Assembly: GCF_026571515.1 (NCBI RefSeq)
Contig: NW_026857505.1
Span: forward strand, 1-64,000
Source: Ruditapes philippinarum
Lineage: Eukaryota
Direction: 5' to 3'
DNA length: 64,000 nucleotides
Part shown: one piece after another, positions 50,994 to 64,000 of the stretch
Position numbering within the stretch: the stretch's first letter is position 1
Layout: each line of letters starts with the position of its first letter
Translations under genes and position numbers: made by a program
The notes under the pieces: model-generated
What the model was told of the DNA's origin: nothing
The model's input: the letters and a program-made list of their open reading frames with translations, nothing else
Databases searched by the model: none

Positions 50994-53900
50994 TTATGAT
51001 GAGTCTATAGAGCTGTTAGATAGATTGTTTGAAATATGCATATCTTTACTGGATGACCCTGAACCAGGTATTGAATTTTGGTCATCGGATTTCTTTTTCT
51101 CCGGTGGCGTTGGATATCTCCGTGCATACTCCTGAAATATCTTTCTATAAATGTGTTTTGACACAGGTTTTTTGTCTTCGTTTCCGCACATGAATATATA
51201 TTCATCATACCACTTTACTGCATGTATACTCTTTGGTAAAGGACTTTGTACCGAATATTCCGCAAGGTACGAGGCTAAATGTTTATGTACGGTGTCAATT
51301 TGCTCCTCTGATGTTTTGTTCACTGGAGCGTGCTTTCCTCTTCCATCTTGAACAAACAAATCACGAGCCTTCTGCTCAAATGCTTTGTATATGTAACTAT
51401 CACCAATGCCCAGTGTTTTAGAAAAGAACGGCTTACACACAGATTCATATTTACCATTGATCTCAAATGAGAAAAGCCTATGTACATGTCTTCTCTTACT
51501 AGTTTTTGTTGCGACCTGGGTAACGCGTGAAACAACAAACTCTTTCTGAGCTGTGTAAGATCCCAACTTCCAAAACCATTCGAATATTTTCTTTCTTGTT
51601 TCTTCTGAGATTTTCTCAGTACATCTTTGCTTACACTTAGTACAATCAACTTTCCTCATTTTCTTTGCAGGAACTAGTTTACCTTTTGCATTAACATAAG
51701 CCTTTCCCTCTGTCTTTAATTTTTTCTTCACATTTCTCTGCCATGTTTCTGGCCTTCGTTCCCTTTTCCTCTTCAGAGCATCTTTATCTTTGTCAATCTT
51801 TTCCTTAGTTTTTACTTTTTCCTTATTCGGCTTTCCTGAGGAATGTAACACTTCTTGAACTGGGGTACTGTTTAGCATTTCTTTTATAAGATCTGCCTCA
51901 CTTTGTGAGATACCATTGCTTTTGTCATGTGATACCTCAGAGGGTGACACAGTCATGTTAGTTTGCGGAACAGATATCATAGGATTATTCATATTAGCTG
52001 TAGCATCAACACTTTGCATAAAATTCGGTTGCGGGAAATTTTCAGTACCAGGCAGTCCTTGAGTAAATCCACCCTGAAAGAACGAGCCAGTATGAAATGG
52101 TCGGGTATCATACTGGCTAAAATTCCCATGGAGGAATGTATTTGGTTGGTATGATTTGTTTTGGTTTCCACCCTGAGACAATATACCTTGCACAAATGAG
52201 TTATCTTGAGCTGTCCCTCTTTCACTAGCTCCAGTTTGTGCAGGGAAATAACTCCCTCTTTCATGTGAAAAATCTAAAGGGTAATCTCCCTTCTCATTGA
52301 AAACGCCTTTGTTCTGATTGGCTCGACCAATTTCGAGGAATCTTTTTTGTGCACCAAGTAAAGTCCACACATCATGATCTGAAAACAGAAACAATAGATA
52401 GCTCATTTTCTCAATTATCATAAAAGCATTATTACTGTTTAAAAATTTAAAATTAACCTAAAACTGATCCTACATATTATGCTAGAAAAATACAGTGTAA
52501 AATTTACTATGTAGAAATACATTTTTCTGAAATTCTAGTTTAGAAATCATAATAAAAAGGAACAACCTGAGAAGATGAGCCCTATCATTTCTGATTCAGA
52601 AAATTTGAGGGTTGACAGGAAAACTGTTGTAAACCCTCCTTGATTTCATATAAGTTACTACAGTTTTGCCGTCAACCCTTGAAATATAAAAAACTGGCCG
52701 CTTTATTCTTACACAGTTTCCGCTTATATGAGATAAATGATTTAAATACAAGGCAAGATGTGTAATAAATACATAATTATCTAAAGAGGTATCCATAGGA
52801 CAAGTGCACCCCAATATGACTGCTTTGTCAGTTTACTGACTATCAGCAAGATAATAGAACAGCATGATGAACAACAAGGGCAAACCTATATGCCACCAAC
52901 CCTTCCACACACCAGTGAAGGTATAAAAATACTGTTATTTTAAACGAATTACCTCATTTTATTCCTTGAACTTAAGTTTCAATAGAGGGCACAGTGGGTT
53001 GGTTGGGATATGAAATAATCCTTATTTTGTTGACATAATAGTGATACACACATGTGTGCAAGTTAAAAATATAAGAAAACCTGAAAACCATGAATTTAGT
53101 ATCATTTCAACTGGGTTTATAAGGAAAAAAGAGCTTTCAAGAGTAGAAAAAATCTGAACTTCAGGCTAATGCCTGAAACTTGTACCCATTCACACAGCTG
53201 AATTTTACTGAAAAGTAAAGTTTCTATCATGAGATTAAAAAGTTTGCAGAATGAAATATCAAAATTAAATTTCACCATATAACAAGGGCCTTATAGAGAC
53301 CTCACAATTTCAATATTGCCCCTTCACAATCCCATTTGGGCAATCAATATTTCTTTTGACTGCTACCACAAAACAATATTACAACAAAATTTCGAGCTAT
53401 AACCCTCATCTCTTATATATTCCAAGCCATTTACAAGTAAATGAATCCTTTGTCATTTAAACAGTTAATGTTGAAATATCTCACGTGAATGTTCATTTTA
53501 ATTAAATACAGGAAAATTAATATTTGTAATTTTTTTTCACAAATTTAGACATTATCAAACTGCTTCTCTCACAAATTTAAGGAAAATAAAGCTAAAATTT
53601 CACAATTTCGAAAAGATAAATCTTGTTTTTTTTTTACAAATCAAAAAAGCATGGGCCCTTTTAAAAAGTTGAAAACACTTTCTCTACATAACTTTCATGG
53701 TTTGAAGATGTGTATGATCATATAACTCAAAACAAGTCAAAACAATTCAGTATTTCTCAGAAGTGGAAACAGTTTTTTTTTGTTCGTTTTTTTTTGGGAC
53801 TTTTTTGGCTACTATTTTTGATTGGGAATGGGGCCTTATGATCGGGTGAAAATGCCCTGAATTATAAAATTGACCTGCAAAGAGAAGATAAACTGGTCAC

Positions 53901-55303
53901 ACTGTATTGAAGCGAAAATAGCTGTGGCATTTTACTGTTGATATAGTTTTCATTATTGCTTCTGTCATAGACACGGGATAACAAAATCATAAAGTGCAAA
54001 ACTTTTTTATCCTTATCACACCATTATACCCTATTTCTTTGGAAATTTTGCCTCAAGAGCCTAGTCCATGTCTAAGTTATTACCTACAACTTAAGATCAT
54101 TTACCTGTACACATTTTAGCAAATCTGTCCCCAATATCAGAGTTCTCCTTCAGAAACAATTGTCCCTTCTGTGATCCATGAATACTTATTTCACCAAATG
54201 GACCAACAGTTACTAGCATAGACTGAACACCCCTTGAACTGACCTGTTCAAGCTGAAATAAATAATGGACATTTTAAACACCTTTAAGACTTATATATGA
54301 CCACTCTCTTGTCATTTGCTATATTGCTAATCCTGGTAGCCCTATGTAATATTATCATTTGCAGACATCTAATTTAGCACTGGCCTGGTGGCCCATGGCC
54401 TAGTGAGTGTAAATCAGTTCAGGCCAGTGAAATTTTTAAGAAAATGTAGTTAAATACATAGTAGAATAAATTCAAAACTGGAATTCCGGTCTGGAAGTTC
54501 AAAATCTTAAATTCATTGACTGCATTGGGCACTCAACAGTTTAATAATTTGAATTAAGTAATACAAGTTGCCTTTAAAAAGCATTCCCTAATCCCTATAG
54601 GGCTGTATAGCAACATGCATTGTAAACCCTGCATTCATTTCAAAATAATTAAATAGGATTTTATTTAAGTTATAATTTGGAAGGAAGACCCAATTTTAAT
54701 CTCTGACCACTAAGACTGTGTCTTGCCTACAACATAGTCCCATTATAATGAACAATTTGAGTGAATTAGGTAATTACTCAAAGTTTTCTATAAAAACCAT
54801 CATAGAATATCAAAGAATTAAATGGACTAAACACACAAAAATTATCACTTGTTTTTTTTATTAATTACCTTCTACCAAGAACAGGAACAAAGAACATAAA
54901 ACACCAGTGTCACTGTATACTTTAACCCAACTTACTATCGCTAACAATTTGAAATATAGTTGAACGTAAGTTTTGTCTGCTGAAATAAATTCAGATGTTT
55001 TAAATTTGCAGAAACTTAAAATATTTCCAAGTAAAAAGAATAAACCAATTTCATTTGTCAGCCATTGCAATTTGTAGATAAAGATTTATTCAAGATTTTC
55101 CAACCTGACATATCAGAATGACCTACCATTTCTTGAACTTGGTTTATTGTGGTTTGAGTGTCCTCTGTATCCATTGGTTTCCAGTTATGATTGTCCAAGC
55201 TTGACCCTTGACCAGCATTGGCATGCAAGTTGCCAGTAACCTGGTTGTTGGCCATGTTTGATGATAATCTATTTTTGGTAACATCTGATTCCATGTTTTG
55301 CAT
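50994..55303 (-). CDS. Transposase-derived (Sola1-like N-terminal region) putative DNA-binding protein, ~527 aa
   Basis: Exon 55303-55105 (ATG, donor CAG|gttgga, phase 1) joins exon 52378-50994 (acceptor ttctgttttcag). Contains RPETWQRNVKKKLKTEGKAY..GK..CTKCKQRC..RKKIFEWFWKL..VCKPFFSKTLGI..DGRGKH..NK..VHKHL. No catalytic domain, no TIRs, open frame. Confidence 0.75.
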
Positions 55304-57775
55304 GAATCAATATGTTTTATTTAACCCTTAAAAGACAATGTTTACCTGAAAATAAATGATTAATTATTAATTTTTGTAAATAAAGTTTTAAAAATAACAA
55401 AGGTATCTTTTCATTATAAATTTATGTTGAAATTAAAATGGTATATATTTTATCATTAAATGTTTAAAACAATTTTCCTGCATTGCACATAAGTGCCGAC
55501 TTAGCATGATGTTCACACTTATATAATTACCGTTAATTTGCAGCACGCATATATTGTATCAATTAAAAACAACAGCCTGTCTTTACTTATTTATATTAAT
55601 TAACTTTATATGATTAAAAAATCTCTTACAAAGTTTTGAATTTGAAATACCAATGATTTTTTTTTATTTTGCGAACACAAATTTTGTCCGCATAAAGACA
55701 GACAAAAACATTGCCAGAATGAAATACATATATCCTTAACTACATACAGCTGTTGTCAATTTAGTACCGTCATTGTATTTTTAAAGACAAATTCATTTAA
55801 TCCGTTTGTTACTTATATAAGTTTTCCATATTTAGAAAGTCCAAAAATGTGTCATGAAACGTAATAAAATTCATTGGCATTCAATCATAAATTACTTATT
55901 GGCTAATTAATTATTTTTTTTTTGAATATTAAAGTATAAATCCAATTACACATAATGTTTATAAACTTCACCAATGCCCAAAATAATCATCAATCAGTCT
56001 ACACTATATATCTATATCGTCCGCTTTTTTCCTCTTTGTCCGCTTTAGACGTCCGCGTTTTAGACAGGCCCAAAATAACACATGCATTTTCGACTTCCAA
56101 TGGAAGTTCCATATAATTTTGTAAAGTTTCGTACAGCTAGCCAACGCATTGTGTCCTGGCTAGCCGTACGTGACTCATGTACGGCTAAACTTTTGGCTAG
56201 CCTTTGACTAGTCAACAGTTCAGATTTGACAGAGCTCAAGATTTGCATTGTTCATAATAATTTCCGATTATTTTTATGTCAGTAAAACATTCAACGGGAG
56301 TCACAGTTTAACCACATTCTAAAGCTTCCATAAAACCTTTATCACACAGCAATTAAATAGGGATTTCTTTCTTGTCCTGCAGTTTCTATAATTTCTAAAC
56401 AAATTTCTGGGTCAAGCAAACAACGATTAACATGTCAATATCGTTATATCACCTGTGTTCACAGACTTGTCTTATATTATATATGCATATGTAAATGGAG
56501 GCGTAATGTGCTAATTGTTTCCTTACATTAATAATTCTAACTTTGATGACATGTATACGAAGTGATTGCAATAAAAACTTTAATCGTCTCACCACAATTC
56601 AACCGGAACTACTTTAATCAAGGCCATGGGCCACTATTTTTTTTGCAAATACCACAAAGATATTTTTCAAACAACAAGATTCTTCACGGAAACATACATG
56701 TACATATGATCTGATATATATGATATTCTGTAATCATGCAAAGTTTCTGTGCTAGTTTCCTTTTTTATTCTTTTTTTATCGCCTTTGTAAAAATATGCAA
56801 TACATTACTGTACAGCGGTATGCCTAAAATGAGAAAGTGAGATTTTTGACGAAAGTGAGCGAGAGTGACTTTTAAAATTTGAATTGTACCGTTTTAATAG
56901 AATTTTACGGTGAATTTTCTGTTTGTAGACGTATATTATTAGCAAATAATTTTTTTTTTCAAAAATAATCCCTATGATGATTAATCCCGATGATGATTCA
57001 ATCGCCATTAATTTGCACAATTTCTATACACAAGTTCTGAGATCTTCCCTTCGCCCACTTTCAAAAATACGAAAGAGACATGTAAAATATTAAATATAGA
57101 GTTTAAATTGAAATTTATACTAAAATTGCAGTTTACACTACAGTATTGTACATGCAATACTCCTATAAAGGTATCATATAAGGATATTATATATCCCATC
57201 ATTAACGATCGTTCAACACAACGTTATTGTTCTATGTGGTACGTTTTTTACTTTTGTCATTTTTCTAGTTGGGTGGTTCCAATTTTCCTACTTGAATAAC
57301 GTTGAATCACTTGTAATAGAGGTCAGGTTCTATGAGAATCAATGTTTTACACGGAGACAAAATGATCACAAATTTATAACAAGAGTAAATTCTCAACCTT
57401 AGAAGATTTATATAAGTGTTACTATAACCTCTGATCCCCTTTCAAAATTCCATTTTATTTAGTTCCGCCCATTGTTTTCTCGTTTAAGGCACATACATGT
57501 ACATTCTTTCTCTTGGGTACCATACGCCGCTTTTCATGGAATGACACGAGAGTGCCGTATGAACACATCTGCGGATGGGCTGTTTCTAAATTCCAAATTT
57601 CACCATTACCATGATTAAATGTTGGATTCTGTTTAAGCCGGTGCTAGGACGCGTGGACGGTAACTTGTACTTTCCATTACCTCCATGAACAGGCTTAATA
57701 ACATTTTCAATTTTGTCTTGTTTGGCTTTCTTTAGGGATTCTTTATTTCTCTCTATTTTGTAATTTATAACGGCT

Positions 57776-60089
57776 AAAAGGGACTCAATCACTACATATT
57801 TTCATGAAAGGTGCGGTGGCGGGCCAAAATCAAAAGATTTCTGGCCTACCATCAAGCCCTTCCTATCACAAAAACCAACTAATAAAACAGACAATCCAAT
57901 AATACTGAAGAAGTCAGATGGGGAACTATTGTCTGACCAACCCACAGTCGCCAACACACTTAACTCTTTCTATGTCAACATTGCAAAAAACATTGGTATA
58001 GAAGAAAATGAACAAGACACCTTCACACACCCAAGCATAGATAAAATAAATTATAATTGCCCACAATCACAATTTACATTCAAACTGGTCACTGAACAAG
58101 ATATATCTAAGTCCATAAAAAGGTTAAATCCAAAAAAGGCTACTGGAGTTGATCAAATTCCACCAAATGTCATAATTGCAGGCAAACCCTCCCTGACCCG
58201 TCCCATTAGAGATCTATGTAATACTATGTTAAATCAAGGTCAGTTCCCACAAAATCTAAAACTTGCCCAAGTAACCCCAATTTTTAAAAAAGATGACCCC
58301 TATATAGAAAAAAATTATAGGCCAGTAAGTATTCTACCCACCATGTCCAAATTATATGAAAGGGTTATCCACGACCAACTCTCGGGTTACTTTGAGGAAA
58401 TTTTTCATCCCTATCTGGCAGCCTTCCGTAAATCATATGGCTGTCAGACTACCCTACTAAGGCTAGTGGAAGACTGGAAAAAGGCCCTTGATGAAAACAT
58501 GTTCATCGGAGCAATACTAATAGATTTATCAAAGGCCTTCGACTGTCTTCCACATGATTTAATTATCCTTAAACTTAAGGCTTATGGTCTGTCCGATAAC
58601 GCTTGTAACCTTATGAGCAGTTACCTCCAAAAGTGGAAACAAAGGGTTAAACTAGGGGATTATACCAGCCAGTGGGATAATATTATTAAGGGTGTCCCTC
58701 AAGGATCAATATTAGGGCCCCTGGTATTCAACATCTTCAATAATGATATATTTTACTTAATAGAAAAATCCACCCTTTATAATTATGCTGATGATAACAC
58801 TTTGTCCTTCTGGCATAAAAATGCTTCAGTTGTCAAATCTACCCTTGAGGATGAAAGTAATATCCTCATAAATTGGTTTAAATCTAATCAAATGCAGGCA
58901 AACCCTGAAAAGTCCCAAGCTATTTCATTGGGGTCAAGTCACATACTGAAATTAAGTCATTTGATATAAGCGGCAGCACTATCCCATGTGATGAACAGGT
59001 CAAATTACTAGGAGTAGATATTGACTATCAATTAAATTTTGATGCCCAGGTATCAGCCATTTGCCAAAAAGCTGCAAAACAGTTAAATGTCCAGCAAATA
59101 TTAAGTAAATTCCTTTCTGTATCTACCATGCGTATCATATATAAATCTTTTATCAGGTCAAACTTCAATTACGGTCCCATAGTGTGGCACTTCTGTAGTA
59201 AAGCAAATACAGAAAAACTTGAAAAACTCGAGTACAGGGCCTTACGCATTGTTTTCAATGATTTTACATCATCATACGAAAGTCTCCTTAATAAGGTTAA
59301 ACTACCCACACTCCATTTAAGCAGGTTAAAAACAATTGCAATCGAGACTTTCAATTGCTTACATAATATATCACCAAAATATATTCAAAACTTGGCCAAA
59401 TTTAAGACCTCTGTTTACAATTGCAGGTACGATCATACTCTAGAAGTGCCTACAGTTCGAACCACCAGGTATGGACAGAACTCCTTTCGTTTTGAGGCTG
59501 CCCGGGTGTGGAACAGCCTCCCTAGTGACATCAGAAGAGTAGAAAACTTCAAAGAATTTGGGAGGCTGGTTGGCACCTGGACATGCCCAAAATGTAAGTG
59601 TTCAATGTGTCGCTTGTAGCCTGTGTTTGTATGTGATAAACATGTTTTATATGTGCTTCTATGTATAGTCTTTAGATGTTGCAAAGTTATACCTATAAAT
59701 GCTTAATGTTATTTTTTATTTGCATTATGTGATAGTCCTTGTAATTTCCTTGATTTTTATATATATGTTTTTTATATATACTTATTATATTTCTTTTACA
59801 GGTATGTACATAGGTATATATGTATATCTTATTTCTTGTAACTTTTGCAGATTTTAAACTTATTTTAATTTCTTAATTTCATGCTCTTAGATGTGCTTAT
59901 GCTTATAATTTTTAGTTGTTTTAATATTTTAATTCCATGTACTTAAATGTGCTTATGCTTATATTTTTTTATAGCTGCTTTACTTTTGTTTATTTCATAT
60001 ACTATGTTTGTCTGAAAATAGCTCATGAGCTAATGTTTTATGTTTAAATGTATCCGACGTAAAATAAATTTTCTTGTATCTTGTATCTT
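57776..60089 (+). mobile_element. 5'-truncated CR1/L2-group LINE (reverse transcriptase)
   Basis: RT motifs NYRPVSIL, DLSKAFD, GVPQGSILGP, YADD. Frameshift near 58935; C-terminus ends 59619. 3' UTR ends AATAAA plus (TCTTGTA)n. GGCT duplicated at 57772-5 and 60090-3. Confidence 0.95.
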
Positions 60090-61404
60090 GGCTGCATGGC
60101 CTGCAAGGAATCAATCATCAAGGTCTTTCAAATAGATTTGAACAGTTACATTTTAATATATTTTAGCTATGATTTCGATAGTGATATTATTGCGGCTATA
60201 TAGAGTTACCACAATTTTGTAGCCACTAGCCTTCCTGCCTTCATTAAAACTCCATCAAGGCATTTAGGAAATACAAGTCATATCAGACTACTATAAGTTC
60301 TAGCCCCCATCTCTCGTATCAGACTTTGAAATCAGCTTCCGATTGACACCCTGGTAAAGATACAGTATAAAGTTGCATTGTGTTTTTTACTTTCCTTCAC
60401 TCTTACTATTAAAAACATTTTAACAATGAAGTTTTTTTTAAATCTGTCACTGTCCTGATCATGTTTATTTTGAGGTTCCTTCACATGTTTTACATATTTG
60501 TATGGTTACCTGTTTTGAATGTTTGCATGCTGGTGTTGTCTACCTTAATGTTAATTGTAGATAAAGGTAAGTATTTTGTTAACCCCCCCCCCGCCCTTCT
60601 CCCATTTTTGACCCACACTTATAGCCCTTGTCCCTTTAATTCCCACATGGATCCGTTTTAGTTTTAATTAGTTCACACATGACATGTCCCTCTCCTCTTT
60701 TCGCCGCCCTTATGTCCATTCCCGGTTTTAGTTTGGTGCCTTCTGGGTGCCCTGTTGTGGTGGCTTGGGTGTGTGCTGCGTCCTGTGAACGTTGCCTTTG
60801 CATTGTTGATCTTTATCCTCGCCTTTTATTTTCTCTCATATCATTTACTAATACATCCGATGGGAAGTATTCCTGCCTATAACATTCGCAAGAGGGATTG
60901 GCATTACTCAGAGATAAATAGATTTTGTCACCAGATCTTACCGTAATATGAGATATTATTAAAAAATGAAATCACATATGTGCTAAATGTTAATAGTATT
61001 AATCAATTACATGTAAGTAATTAAAATATCCACATGTATACAATTTTGTGTCAAAAAAATGAAGAAAAAAAATACCCGCCCCTCCCCCACCAAAAAAAAA
61101 AGATAAATAAGATAAAAAAAAATAAAATAAACAAATAAAAAATGAATAAGCTAAAATATTTCATATTTAAGTGAGAAAAATCCACATTTTCAGTTGCGGA
61201 CAGCAACACAGTTTTCTCTATATCACATATTCACTCAAAACAAACAAATATCCTCATGAGATTTTCAATATAAAACAGCGATGGTAGATCATACAGGATT
61301 CTCTCAAGATTTTCTTTACCCCTCTAAATATACATTATTTAAAATCGTGTGATGATCGCCGCTGATACAGTTTGCGCTTAAAAATACGAATTGTCAGCGA
61401 CATT

Positions 61405-62259
61405 CCAGCAGACATTTTCACAAAAAATCTTACGACACTTTTTTGTCGTAAGAGAAATCTTACGATAAATCTCCTTTTCACAAAAAATCTTAAGAAAATC
61501 TTAAGTGCAAAATCTGTCGTAACTTTACGCACGGATTTATATTACATATAAATCCGTGCTTTACGATAGGTCTTCCCCGTTCGTAAGTGTAATTTTTTCT
61601 CTCTTAAGGGTAAAATATCATGTATCTCTTACCTAAAATGAATAAAAACAAACAAAAATTTGGAGGACAAATAAACATTAAGCAAACAGTATGCTATAAA
61701 TAACACAAATTGAGGTATAATTATTTTTCAACATAAACATTTGTGACGTCATGACTTGATGACGTCACGATGGAGAGGGTTATGAATAGTTTAAATGTGA
61801 ACTATACTGTAGTATTATTGAAAACTTATAATTTGTACAATTGGTGAGTTCGATTTCATTGCCAGCATGTACTAGTGGTACCTTTTTATTTATTAATAAC
61901 ATAGTAGACCTTCTTTCTGAATCTTTTAGATATACTATATAATTATCTTCAATCAAGATATAAATTATATCAGTTTGAATCATTTTTTTGTTCTTATTGA
62001 AAATAGATATTTTAAGCTCTTGATTACTTGATTTTAAAACCGGAATCAAATATATAGAGCATGCACATCACTATCAAATGAACGTTGCTAGGGATGTTTT
62101 TGTCGTAAGATTTATCGTAAGTGAATTTTTTATCTTTTAAAGATAAAATTTTAACTTACGAGTGGCTTTGTGAAAATGACTTAAGATTTAACTTACGATT
62201 ATCGTAAGTGAAAAACTTAAGATAAATCGTAAGATTTTTTTTGTGAAAATGTCTGCTGG
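61405..62259. mobile_element. MITE with ~30-bp TIRs and CTTACGA/TCGTAAG subterminal repeats
   Basis: CCAGCAGACATTTTCACAAAAAATCTTACGA and its inverted copy. TSD unclear. Confidence 0.8.
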
Positions 62260-62390
62260 GTGTCCGTAGATAACCCTACAAAATTCAAGTTCAGCTCTTT
62301 TTTTCAAATTTTCAATGTTTTGCGGTCACATTTGAAGACCGTTTATTTTATTAAATAACGAAATGCCTCCCTACTGAAGAATTCTTAAAA

Positions 62391-62551
62391 CCTGCATTAA
62401 AGTGTTACGAACTATTTTAACGTAAGTTAAAGTAAAAACTTACGAACGTTCTGTGAAACATACTTACGATATACGTAAGTTTAAATGTAAGCGTAAAGTT
62501 ACGAAAATACTTACGAAGACCTTACGCAATGTTAGTAAAACGCTGCTCAGG
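62391..62551. mobile_element. Small palindromic MITE-like element rich in TTACG/CGTAA
   Basis: cctg...cagg ends and internal inverted TTACG repeats. Confidence 0.5.
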
Positions 62552-62574
62552 AGACTATTGATACAATAATATAC

Positions 62575-63400
62575 TTATTATTTGCATATTGTAATTATTT
62601 CTTTACAAAACAAAGCAAGTTTTTTTAATGCGATTTGTGAACAATTAAAGAGATAGTGAAATGCCTCACCAAGTTGTTTTGACTTACACAAAATACATAT
62701 ACATGTACGTATGTTTCTCTCTATATTTAGGAGTCTACCTTTCTCAATTGGCATAATTTTTATCATTCATACATATATTTTTTAACAAAGCTTAAGACAG
62801 CTGCCAAGGAAGTATATTAGAATAATCTTCGAATACACACTCTGATATAGATGGTAGTTTAAACATTTGCTTAAAGATTGGGCATCACTGTTCCAACTTT
62901 GGATGAACTGATCTTGAAGTTTGGACTTAACAATACTTTTGAAATTAAGCGGACTAGGTACAGATAGACTCAACCAATAATTTGATAAACCAAGTTTGTC
63001 CAAAGTATCGATATTTATCAAAAGAAATCCACGTTAATTCAGTTCTATATCTAACACATACAGAGTATGCAGTCTTATATTAAATATTACAAAATTTATC
63101 ATCTTTACCATTCAAAGCTTACACCAGTAATTAATAATTCTCATTTTTATTTGCAAAGATATCGGAGTAACATCAAGTTCACCATATAACATACAATTAA
63201 AAGTACTTTGCTTAAGGTTAAGTATAATTTTGCAAAACTTTAAGCTGAAACTGATCAATACAGTTTTAATTTTCTATTCCCCAAACTTCAGAGCCATAAC
63301 AAATAGAATAGGAACAATCATTGTATGAAACAAGTAGTTCTGTAGATCTACAGAAACTAACAATTTTGTAGCCTTTTTGACCAGAGAGAACATAGCTGAT
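62575..63400 (-). mobile_element. Degenerate LINE ORF2 C-terminus (RTE-X-like)
   Basis: YGSEVWG, STFNCMLYGEL, KLQDQFIQSWNS and RTCICILCKSKQLGEAFHYLFNC (CCHC-type motif), with frameshifts. Confidence 0.7.
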
Positions 63401-63551
63401 TAGTGGATTAGTTTATAATATTACTGTATGTATATCTGTCCAGACACATATGGTACTGTAGTGAGGACAATTTAGGAAATTTTGATGCTCACTTCAGGGG
63501 CAAACCAACGCGCTCTTTGAATAGTTTGAAGAAGAACCTATCTTTACTGTG

Positions 63552-63700
63552 TCAAATTTCCGGGTATTGTGAAACCTGTATTGAAAAACCTTCTAAATTG
63601 TCCGGTTGATGGTCCCCGACCAATAGACCAGCATATTTGTATGACATAAAAACTGTTGAGGTTTGCTTTTTGGAGTAAACTTTTCTTTCCTGTATTACAC
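63552..63700 (-). CDS. Possible terminal exon of a gene extending past the window (CUB C-terminus-like)
   Basis: Acceptor tgtccttag then 48 open codons KVYSKKQTSTVFMSY..EGFSIQVSQY. Weak resemblance only. Confidence 0.25.
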
Positions 63701-64000
63701 CTAAGGACACAAACGTCTAAATCACCAAGATTTCATTTTGTTTACACGTCGGAAAAATAATAATTTCTTTCATCATAGAATAACTTTATATTGGTAATAG
63801 AAAATCTAAAAATAATTGTATCTTTAGTTTATATAACCTTAATTTGTAACAGTTTAAAATCAAACACGTACTGTAGCTGTATATCATATGATTTTAATTC
63901 GTACTCAATTTATTTCGTACTTTTTGTAATTTTCAGTCCTTGAAAGTTTAATAGACTGGAGATATTGTTTCTTATTTTATTCTGTATACCCATATCCCAA

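Noticed and set aside
53750-53875. Third phase-1 alternative terminal exon (acceptor ctctttgcag)
   Set aside because: Only ~42 codons, mostly within a MITE-like end, with no recognisable domain.

Overview
AT-rich animal genomic DNA with spliceosomal introns, not prokaryotic. The repeat families (Helentron-associated ~166-bp satellite element, CORE and Deu/Nin SINEs, palindromic MITEs) suggest a bivalve mollusc; this is an inference. (1) 1-18 kb is a decaying tandem cluster of alpha-1,2-fucosyltransferase (GT11) paralogues, four copies or fragments, none intact here. It includes a segmental duplication whose second copy gained a nested TIR element > pogo-like element with a HIRAN-like remnant > Deu/Nin SINE, plus two TSD-less hairpin elements. 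(2) 21.6-32.7 kb is an intact 11-exon BBS12 gene (~1206 aa) with a very large acidic insertion. (3) 34.4-36.8 kb is a convergent uncharacterised coiled-coil gene. (4) 38.6-55.3 kb (minus strand) holds a multi-C2H2 zinc-finger exon damaged by apparent assembly noise, and an exon encoding a Sola1-like transposase N-terminal region with no catalytic domain. Both exons start at phase-1 acceptors compatible with one upstream ATG exon, making this a candidate alternative-last-exon DNA-binding-domain switch. (5) 57.8-63.4 kb holds a 5'-truncated CR1/L2 LINE, MITEs and another LINE remnant. All family assignments come from motif recognition by eye; no searches were run.
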